From: Octopus vulgaris
Lineage: Eukaryota
Reading direction: 5' to 3'
Assembly (NCBI GenBank): GCA_951406725.2
Contig: OX597817.1
Coordinates: 118,854,001-118,918,000, forward strand
Length of the DNA stretch: 64,000 nucleotides
Part shown: piece by piece, positions 53,660 to 64,000 of the stretch
Layout: the number at the start of each line of letters is the position of its first letter
How positions within the stretch are numbered: the stretch's first letter is position 1
Notes under the pieces: model-generated
What the model was told of the DNA's origin: nothing
Databases searched by the model: none
The model's input: the letters and a program-made list of their open reading frames with translations, nothing else
Program-made: the position numbers and the translations under genes

Positions 53660-54078
53660 CTGAAAATAACAGAAAAGGGAACCTTATAGAAATTTGAAAG
53701 AAAAAAGTCCACAAAAAAAAAACAATATAACAAAAAGATGATTTAGCAGATGTCACAAAAGGCATTTCATTTATTGAATCAAAGATATAATGTTTTAAAT
53801 TATATAGGCTATAAAGTCAATAGAAAACTGTGTGTAAGGGATTGGTCTCTTTCATATAAGAGAAAAAGGTGACATATATATATATCAATAATATAAGGGT
53901 AAATAATTATTAATTTTAAAATCAACAATTATTCCCGAGTAGTTATCAGTATGGAAATATAACCATTATCGGTAGTAACTTTTACAAAAAGTTCTTTATA
54001 TATATATATATATATAAATAAAAAGGGTAAGCAACATGTTGTATATGGTTAAGCAACCTGTTGCTTACCCTTTTTAGT

Positions 54079-54123
<45 letters not shown>

Positions 54124-54432
54124 TCGTTTAGCATCCGCTGCTCAATATAAATGAGTTATAAGCATTTAAACAATAGAATGTTTTGAAATAACTGGCTATA
54201 AAGAAAAATAAGTGATTATCCAATGAAAACTTAAATTGAAAACCATTCACATCTTAATTAACATAACTTCACATAATAGAACACAAAGAAAATCAATGGA
54301 AGACTTCAAACAGTTAAATCAAAGGATATTAAAGTGAAGACCCTGAAGAAACTGCACCAATATTATAGTAAGGTTGCAATTGCAGTAGTTACTAATCAAT
54401 GCAATAGAAACATGTGTAGGCCTATTGGAAGC

Positions 54433-54477
<45 letters not shown>

Positions 54478-55089
54478 AAAAAAAGAATTAAAGGTAATGC
54501 TAATGCTACTTTCTAATAATCCTTATGAGTGAGAGAGAGGGAGTGATAGATAGATAAATAGGTGGTGTAAAATTGAGTGTCCTCCTGGTTATCAGAGGAT
54601 TCTCACATTCTGGAGCACTTGAATAAATATTTAAATTTCTAAGCAATGGTAACAAAAACTAAAAATAAAAAACTAAAAAAATAAAGTGTTGCTCTCTTTT
54701 CCCTCAACCCTCCAAAATACCCAAATGTTAGAAAATAAATTCATGCTATTACTCAAATGGAATATATTTCTTCTGATTTGTCACTACTTATTCTTATTCA
54801 ACGTAATTATATACAAATCATGACTATGAAAGAATTTCTATTAAAATTCATAGTAAAATTCACCGCATCAAATAACAAACAAGAAATCAAAAGACAAAAG
54901 AGAAACTAACTTATAGCCAATGAGAAATGAAGTGGAGACAAAAGATGAAGAATTATTTTCATCTTAGTTCCATGTAATTTACATGTCTTACATAAATCTA
55001 TATAATTTTTAAGGATAGTAACAATGAATACAATATTTCTTATAGTATTTGAAAATTTGATATTTTTTCCTAAAAATATACATACATAC

Positions 55090-55136
<47 letters not shown>

Positions 55137-58086
55137 GTACATGTATCTGTAGTATATGTGTTGAAACATGTATGTATGCATATATATATACATATATATG
55201 TGCACATCACATAACACATATAATGCACACATGTTCCAACACACACACACACATATACACACACAATCTTATTTTCTTTCTCAGCCAAAAAATAATGATA
55301 ATAATAATAATAATGTAAATTGTATTTTCCATTGTGTTATATGAAAATATCAATAAAATTATATGGAGAAAGCTTTGAAAATATTCCATACATTAGTATG
55401 AAAGAAAAACAAAAAAGAAGACTTTATCATAAAATAACTCCCACATTTCAATGTTAAAATGTGATTAATCATATTTTTAACTAAATTAAATTTTCTTTGG
55501 AGTTATGAAACATTGTTTCCTTTTATTTTTTTTTTTTCACTTATTTTCTTTGATTTCTAGAAATTTTCTTTCACTCAGTTTATTTGAAATGACAGCATGG
55601 CTATATGCACACATACATATAAAGCCTGCTTTCTGCAGGAATTTGAAATAACAAACATCAAAACCATTAATCATTGTAAAAGTTAGTTTATTCTCTTACA
55701 TTGTTTCCTATAAAAATCTGGAGCAATATAAGAAATTATAGCAGAATAGAAAACAAACCTAATTCAATTATGTTAAAATACAGATGGTTTGCACCCAATA
55801 ACAGCTTGCAGTTTGATAGAAATTAAGGTCTGAAGGAATCTACATCTGATCTAATACAAGATAGATGAATGCGAAATTGAATTTGAATATACTCTGTGTA
55901 ACTTCACCATTGTCAGAGTCATACAATTACAGTATTATAACAAGAATTATATCTCAGCATATTGCATCAGTAGGTAGCTTTCATGTGGTTCTATAAAAAG
56001 ATAATACAGGGAACTGTAATAACCTAGTAGCTTACTAATCAGAACTGTTGCAAGTCACTAAATCCAGTTTTATGTTGTTCTATCCTCTTCTTATTCTGTT
56101 TATGTTTTTAGGTGGGGTATTGTTGGTGGTGGGATTTATTCTTTTGATTATATATGCATTGTCATCATCACTCAGTTTATCTAATATCTTAGTTTCATCC
56201 TTTTCTCAGGTTTAGGCCAGTATGCAAACATTTTTGTAATCATATCAATCATACAAAGATATAACACCATTCTGAAAACTAAAGCATATTATTTTGTACA
56301 TAAAATCTGTCTGTGTGAAATATATATTAATGCATTATAAGTGAAGCGGGGATATGATCAGCAAACTTGATTGTTTGGAGTATACATGTGACTATTTTCT
56401 CACCTACTTGTGGCTACAGATTTGCTTCTCTGTTCAAATAATGTTCTTCTGAACAGTAAAGAAGTCAATGGAACGACAATTTTTAAGATGGTTTATATAT
56501 GAGTCCATGTGGTTTACTTTATTTGTAAAGATTATTACACTTTACATATTTTTAACAAGTGAGAAAACAAATGCTAATGATAGAATCCTTTTACTTCCTT
56601 CAAAGAAAAACAAAAAAAGAAAAGAAATCTAAAAAGAAAAACCATTTCAACCCAAGAAATCTGGTTGGACTTATGACCTGCCAATACAATATGAAGGAAT
56701 AGTTTTGATCTTCGAAGAATACATGATAGAAAAACAGAAAATTATCTTATATATGTTTAATCTTGGTAATGTAGTTGTGTCAAAAGTTTGTGAGCAAATA
56801 GAAATAAAACGCATTCTATTTATTACTAAAATACTAGATATCCATTAAACTATGCTGATATCTATGTAAACAAATACCACAAGATGCTAAGGAAACAAAA
56901 ATGGCAATGGTAAAAGATTAAATTGATAAAACTGCCAAGATTCTGCATTTGGCAACACTTAGACTCAAGTAATCTGAACAAATCAATAAAATATGAGAAC
57001 AAGAACAAATTGGAAGCATTTCACTGAACAAGAAAACTGAGAAGCCTTTAAGAGCATATAAAAGAAATTCCGATATGATTGAGGAATTATCTTGACTGGT
57101 AGGCAAACTGCTTTACTATAATAGCAAGATCTAAAGTTAGCAAGAAAATACTTTTTTTTTCCAGTAAAATCCCCACCAACATTGATATAAAAAAAATTGT
57201 TAAAAATGACAAAATCAATACATATTGCATTTGCTTTCTTATTTTTATTGTTCTTTTTCATTATTATTATTATAGTGGACTGGGTGGGTGGAGGTAGAAT
57301 AAAGATAGGTAAGGGGCAAAGTATGCAAATATATATATATATATATTAAGCTGTAAACACTATTTTTAGATCATAAAAAGAGTTGCTGTTTATTGTTATG
57401 TATGGAAGCCGTGATGGTAGTGAAGATAGTAGATATGGGAGCAATGAAGATGTTTTTAAATTGAAGTCAAAATATATTGTAAACAGTTTACTGTTAGCTA
57501 TAATGTTAGAACTCATTTCTAAGAGAATTTTTAAATCTTGTTTTTATCTGTGTTGCGAAGGTTAGCTGGGTAGATTGATGCTTCCTCCTACTCGTAATAT
57601 TTTCTTCATATAATGGCATGGAAAGGAAAGCATTTAAACCTTATAAGACTGACATAACATGGAAGGAAGTTGAATAACATTATTATTAGGACTGTGTCAC
57701 AAGCAAATTGAAAGAGCCAGTATTCTGTCACTTAACAATCCTAGTAAAAGTAGTAATTAACACAGTAACTATATTTTCTACTACTTCTATTATTACTACG
57801 ACCTCTACCAACATATCACCTCTAGAGTTAACCAGTATGACCATTTTTGCTTTTAACCATGTTAGACTCAGCTCCCTTATATCAAACTCGATTAAACCAT
57901 CCACTCTCTCTGTACAATAGCCCCTTATTCCTCCCACTCCACCACTCTTCATTGTCTCAGTAAATATTAAATCATATAACTTTTCTAACTGGGTTAGTAT
58001 CTTTATCTAGCACTCTTTTTCAAAATATATCTTTATTTCTTTGCTAAAACTATTTCTATAAATCATAACTGCAGTCTTTTAAACAA

Positions 58087-58264
58087 TTTAATCTTTTTGA
58101 TACCAACCCAACCTGAGACCACCCTTGACACTATGGTATGAATTTCCTGTTTAAAAGTGATATAAGTCAATACCTGCCTACAAAATTTCATGTTAATTTA
58201 TTTTGCAAACATCACCTTAATAAGGGGCAGTGCATTTCAATAAAAATATGTTAACGTGGGTTAC
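58087..58264. mobile_element. Decayed, internally deleted piggyBac-type MITE (P1-related)
   Basis: TTAATCTTTTTGATACCAACCCAACCTGAGACC ... AAAAATATGTTAACGTGGGTTA resembles the ends of 43648-43876. Confidence 0.45.
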
Positions 58265-58803
58265 AAAAAGGAACTGATATAAACTGTCAAAGGAGAATAC
58301 ACATCCACAAGTATTGTGAACAGTATTATGGACTATACCACAGGTTTGTTTAATGGAAACTTATATCTAATAACATTCTTGCTCGCTCTAAGAACAGTAT
58401 AAGATATGCATAAAATACTCATTAGAAGTGTTGATGAGTATTTTTATGCCCCTGATTTATACAATGTAAGTGGGAAAAGTCAGCCTACTGCACAAAATCC
58501 TACTACAGGTTACATCCATGATTGAATTTGAATACAACAGTAGAGAGAATATATACACTTTAGTATATTACAATGCTTACAGTATAAAACGCTTTAGTAC
58601 ATTACAATATTATTACCTACCCATAGTATTTTCTTTTTACAACTTCCTACACTTAACCATCTGGAACATAAATACCTTGGCCATGGACAAATAGTTGTAC
58701 TGTTAACATGATATGAACCACTAACCACCATTCATTCAGCAATAAAATGTCTCACTGATTAATCCAGAAATGATTGTCATTAGATGCCAGAATTTATTAA
58801 CAT

Positions 58804-58854
<51 letters not shown>

Positions 58855-59569
58855 TACCTTATTAGAGATGCCTTACTGCTTTCTGTAGAGTAAATAGTAA
58901 CTGACAGAAATGTAAAGTGTTCTAGAAAATTAAATTATAGCTTCTCTGATGTTTTGAACAGGAATTGTCTACACTTGATAGAAAGATACAAAATCAAAAT
59001 TTCAAATGCAAAACCAATTTGTAATATAAAAAAAAACAACAAAAAAACATGGTGTTTATATATATATATATTAAGCACAATTTTTGCTTTCTATTTCATT
59101 TTTAAGTACTGAATATGAATTTCTATTTTTGTTTTATTTTTAAAATAAAACAAAGTGTTAGTAATGGTTTATAATGTGTTGGTACACATCAAGTGGGGAT
59201 GATAAAAAACAATGATGATGTTAAAGGTGCTGCTGATGATGAACTCAGAAACTTAATTCTTCACATGCTGCTTAATATTTACTCTTACACACAACCACCC
59301 AGCCATGCATGATCACCAACAATTTCTAAGCAAAGTTTAGAAACAAACCAATTACAGGCAAGAAACAGACTAATCAATCAACGTCAGCCACCACATTTCA
59401 AACGGTAATGACTGTTAAATCAGTCACAGCAGCAGCAACAACAATAATAACAAAAGTAGGAGCAAAGTAAGAACTGACTGAAGAAGAAACAGAGCTGTCT
59501 CAAATTACAACTCTATTTATCTGTCTGTCTTTCTGTTTGTCTGTTTGTCTGTCTGTCTATCTATCTATC

Positions 59570-59800
59570 TATTTCTTTACTGCCCACAAGGGGCTACACA
59601 CAGAGGGGACAAACAAGGACAGACAAAGGGATTAAGTCGATAACATCGACCCAGTGTGTAACTGGTACTTATTTAATCGACCCCGAAAGGATGAAAGGCA
59701 AAGTCAACCTTGGCGGAAATTGAATTTAGAATGTAACAGCAGACGAAATATCGCTAAGTACTTTGCCCAAAATGCTAACGATTCTACCAGCTCGCAGCCC
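59570..59800 (-). mobile_element. tRNA-derived SINE, family A
   Basis: Close homology to 5190-5424 over the full length; sits in a (CTAT)n run. Confidence 0.85.
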
Positions 59801-60307
59801 TATCTATCTAAAAATACATACATGTGTGTGTGCACACACACAAATTTTCACTGTCATGTAAGAGTTGTAGAGTACATCAAAATTTATTTTTGCATAGTGC
59901 AAATACAATCTGATGTAGAATTCAATATTTTGAATATAGCGGATAGCTATGTTTATAGTATCAAAGGTCGACAATCTACACCCTAGGCTGAACTATTCAC
60001 AATTGTCATGAACAGTCAAAGATTCAGGGTAGACCGTTAAGATTTGATATAACAAACATATAGGTATGTGTTGAGTGTGCGTGTGTATGTATGTATGTAT
60101 GTAGAGAAGTGAGAAGTTCTTTCATCAGCAACCTTACAGCATGTACTGGATGCACTTTACCAACTCTAGAGAGATTACTTTGACCCCAGCAAGAGTCCTC
60201 TATTTTACATTTTTAGAAGGCAATAGAAAAAAACTTTGGTGGGATTTGAACTCAGAATTAAAAAAAAAAAACCCAGAACAAATACCGCAAAGCATTTTTA
60301 TTTAACA

Positions 60308-60430
60308 TGGTTAGCATGTAGTTGTTAGCATATAGTGGTTTGGGTATAGTGGTTAGTGTACATTGGTTAGCATATAGTGGTTAGTATATAATGGTTAGCG
60401 TATAACGGTTAGTGTATAGTGGTTAGCATA
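60308..60430. repeat. 14-bp minisatellite (TGGTTAGYRTATAG), about 9 units
   Basis: Tandem GGTTAG motifs with 14-bp periodicity. Confidence 0.85.
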
Positions 60431-60879
60431 CGTATCTTATATTACACTGATACCAGATAGTCATCACAGCAAGTTGCAAATAAGAACCATATCTACAAAG
60501 TAGATGTTGAGGGTGACTGATGTTTTGGTATGCAGCTCTCTGTTTTAATGAGTTTCTGTTGCAATCCCAGCAAGGGAAACCTTATGTGATTTCTTAGCCA
60601 GCTAGAAAATTGCAACAAAGTTTCTTTTAACTACACTGTACCATTTTACAAAAAGATAATATCTATGGCTAATTAAACAATATGGTAGAAGGAAAGAAAG
60701 GAAGGGAGAAGGGAGGAGGGAGGCAGGTAGAGAGAAAGAGAGGGAGGACGTTCATGGCTGGAAAGGTTTTGAAAGTAAGTTTTTTTTTTCAGAGCTGTCC
60801 TTTACACTATATTGATGTTAAGAAACATACATGCAATGTTCACACACACACACACACACATTGAGATATTATATATAGT

Positions 60880-61065
60880 TCAAATTTACAGAAAACAAAC
60901 GATGAAGACAGGTGAAGGAACAAAACCAAATGTATTAGTTTAATGCTTGAGAAGAATGGAAAAGTCTTTGATGTTTTGAGCCAACACTCTTCAACAGAAA
61001 GGATTAAGAGGAACAAAATGGAGAGAGATAAAAAAAAAACGTGTAGGGATTAATGGTTCAATATG
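60880..61065 (-). repeat. Penelope-pLTR-like repeat with hammerhead-like motif, copy 3 (motif 60966-61001)
   Basis: Minus strand CTTT-CTGTTGA-A-GAGT-GTTG-GCTC-AAAAC-ATC-AAAG followed by ..AAACTAATACATT..CACCTGTCTTCATC. Confidence 0.6.
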
Positions 61066-61073
61066 ATGAAATT

Positions 61074-61477
61074 CATCATCATCATTTAACGTCCGCTTTC
61101 CATGCTAGCATGGGTTGGACGATTTGACTGAGGTCTGGTTCGCCAGACTCCAAACTGATCTGGCAGAGTTTCTACGGTTGGATGCCCTTCCTAATGCCAA
61201 AATTGGTGGTACTGGCAATGGCCACACTCAAATGGTGCTTTTTATGTGCCACCTGCACAGGAGCCAGTCCAGCGACACTGGCGACGACCTCGCTCGAATG
61301 TTTCATGTGCCACCAGCACAAGTGCTAGTAAGGCGACGCGGTAATGATCACGCTTGAATGGTGTGCTTAACGTGCCATCGGCACGAAGGCCAGCTTGTTG
61401 CTCTGGCAATGATCTCACTCGAATGGTACTCTTAGCGCTCCACTAGCAACGGATGCCAGTCACCGAGTTTGATTTCA
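61074..61477 (-). mobile_element. SINE-like family C
   Basis: Same two ends and internal units as 45602-46047. Confidence 0.75.
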
Positions 61478-61724
61478 TATATATATCTTTTGATTTTACA
61501 CCAAGTAAATTTTCAAAGATAGAAGACTATAGACAAAATTAAACTAACCCCCAACATACTACTGGTACTTAATTAATCTCAAGCATGTAAAAAGACAAAG
61601 CTAAGATTTAAGGAGGGTTTTTAACTCTAAAGCAATGAAGCATCATACTAAGGAAAATTTAATACTTCCACTAAAACATTTTCTAACAAAAGCTACTAAA
61701 CACTTCCCCTGCCCCCTCTCTCTA

Positions 61725-61762
<38 letters not shown>

Positions 61763-62177
61763 AAACATATCTATGCAAATGCACAGAGACATAGCTGGGT
61801 TCTTTTTTTTTTTTTTTGTCATGTCTTTACTGCAATACTAAGTGCTACAAATTTCTATGCTTTACTGAGACATTTATTTTATAACTAGAAGCTATTTCAA
61901 CTATTCACCACTGCAATAGTAATACGTTTTACCTTTTTTTTTTAATGAAACAAGTAATGTGACTTTCCAAGACACATCACACCTGCACCAGAGTTAAGAC
62001 TGATGTCTTTTAACACCATTAGCTATTAAATATAGCCACTGTCTTTTTATCACTATTTTTTAATTAATTAATTAATCAACTACAAATTCACATTCTACTC
62101 TACTTGAATGAGTCTGTGTCCTGAATTCTGCTGTCACTACTTTGACTGAAGTGTACATATACACGCATGCATGTGTG

Positions 62178-62236
<59 letters not shown>

Positions 62237-62237
<1 letters not shown>

Positions 62238-63012
62238 TCTCTTTTACTTGTTTCAGTCATGTGACTGTGGCCATGCTGGAGCACCGCCTTTAGTCGATCA
62301 CATCGACCCCAGGACCTATTCTTTGTAAGCCTAGTACTTGTTCTATCGGTCTCTTTTGCCGAACCGCTAAGTTACAGGGGACATATACACACACCAGCAT
62401 CAGTTGTCAAGCGATGTTGGGGGACAAACACAGACACACAAACATATACACACACATACATATATATGACAGGCTTCTTTTCAGTTTCCGTCTACAATAT
62501 CCACTCACAAGGCTTTGGTCAGCCCAAGGCTATAGTAGAAGACACTTGCCCAAGGTACCAGTAGTTTTATCTCTAATTTAATATATATATATATATATTC
62601 TTTTTATTCTTGTACATGTTTCAGTCATTTGACTGTGGCCATGCTGAAGCACTTACATAAAGGGCTTGTTAATCAAACGAATAAACCTCAAGACTTATTC
62701 TTTGTAAGCATAGCACTTATTCTATCGGTCTTTTTTGCTGAACCTCTAAGTTACGGGGGACATAAACACAACACCATCGGTTGTCAAGTGATGGTGGGGG
62801 GATAAACAGACAAAAGAACACACATAAATAGAAATATATATATATATATATACACAATGGGCTTCTCTCAGTTTCCGTCTAGCAAATCCACTCACAAGGT
62901 TTTGGTTGACCTGAGGCTACAGTAGAAGATACTTGCCCAATGTGACATGCAGTAGGACTGAACCCAGAGCCATGTGGTTGGGAAGCAAGCTTCTTACCAC
63001 ACAGCTATGCCT
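62237..63012 (-). mobile_element. Two tandem family B SINEs (about 62237-62560 and 62600-63012)
   Basis: Two successive reverse-complement matches to 12387-12812, each beginning in a (TA)n run. Confidence 0.82.
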
Positions 63013-63462
63013 ATACATGTATATATGTAAGTGTATGCACCCATCCACACATGAGTGAGCATTGATACAAAACTAAAGCTAATGAAACAACAGATGCTAT
63101 TGCTATAACAAGTATGATAGCAATGATAGTCAAAGAGAGAGTGTATACATGATTGATAGAAATATCAGTCAATATATCCTCAAATAACACCATATTGTCT
63201 TTGGAAAAATTGTATCACTGCAAACTTTGTATCTGATTTGCTTGAACTACTTTTCTTTCGAAATCTCTTAATCTCCTCCTCAGACCTACCTTTAGTATTT
63301 ACTTTGTGTTTGTATTGCTTATTATATTTTAAGATTTTTTACAACTGAATACAAAGTCATTGCAAATGAGAGTTAGTGACTATCACAATCAACGATTTCA
63401 ATGAAATTTTATCGTTAATCAAAGACTTGATGAAGTAAAAAAAAAGTATATATATATATATA

Positions 63463-63494
<32 letters not shown>

Positions 63495-63526
63495 TATACA
63501 TAAATACAAATATATATATATATATA

Positions 63527-63749
63527 CAGGGTGCAGCAGAAATAACGCCCTTTTTGCATTAAATAAATTTTATAGCATATAAATGTTTATTGAGTAATTT
63601 TTTGTTGAACACAAATTTATTGCATTACTTAAAAAAATGAATAATAAACTAATGAAAAAAATTGCAGAAATTTTAGGAAATAAAAAAGAAATTCAAGTAG
63701 AAACTAGAAATCTCAAATACAAAAAGGAAGTTACTTCTGCCACACCCTA
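63527..63749. mobile_element. Tc1/mariner-type MITE
   Basis: TA|CAGGGTGCAGCAGAAATAACGCCCTTTTT ... AAAAAGGAAGTTACTTCTGCCACACCCTA: 29-bp TIRs with 6 mismatches, inserted in a (TA)n run. Confidence 0.75.
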
Positions 63750-63771
63750 TGTGTATGTATATATATGTATA

Positions 63772-64000
63772 TCATCATTATCTTTTAACGTCCATTTTCC
63801 GTGCTAGCATGGGTTGGACTGTTCGACCGGGGTCTGGGAAGGCTGCATCAGGCTCCAGTCTGATCTGGCAGTGTTTCTACAGCTGGATGTCCTTCCTAAC
63901 GCCAACCACTCTGTGAGTGTAGTGGGTGCTTTTTACATGCCACTGGCACAGGTGCCAGGGGAGGCTGGCAGTGGCCACGATCGGTTGGTGCTTTTTACAT
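63772..64000 (-). mobile_element. SINE-like family C (runs off the window end)
   Basis: TTTAACGTCCATTTTCCGTGCTAGCATGGGTTGGAC..GGATGTCCTTCCTAACGCCAACCAC. Confidence 0.75.

Noticed and set aside
53660-53765. N-terminal part of ORF 53460..53765 (MPFVTSAKSSFCYIVFFLWTFF..), which looks like a signal peptide
   Set aside because: It is the T-rich polypyrimidine tract of the intron; a canonical acceptor lies at 53660.

Overview
Very AT-rich, microsatellite-dense animal (eukaryotic) genomic DNA; the SINE/LINE repertoire looks like an octopod cephalopod genome (inference from recalled repeat families, not verified). Only one convincing protein-coding exon was found: a 196-bp minus-strand exon (53464-53659) encoding the N-terminal half of a CUB domain (SOL-1/tolloid/cubilin type). 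The rest of the window is therefore probably very long intron. It is filled with several tRNA-derived and RTE-tailed SINE families, decayed LINEs (two R4/Dong-type RLE elements, plus CR1/L2, RTE and Penelope-like GIY-YIG remnants), piggyBac-, hAT- and Tc1/mariner-type MITEs, minisatellites and simple repeats. The most notable signals are: (1) a three-copy repeat carrying a minimal type-I hammerhead-ribozyme-like fold with a shared core variant (U at position A6); (2) a 158-bp near-perfect palindrome; (3) clean nested insertions with target-site duplications; (4) a near-identical 210-bp local duplication. Almost all ORFs in the supplied track are repeat or microsatellite artefacts. No prokaryotic-type system (CRISPR, operon) is present. 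Boundaries of decayed repeats are approximate.
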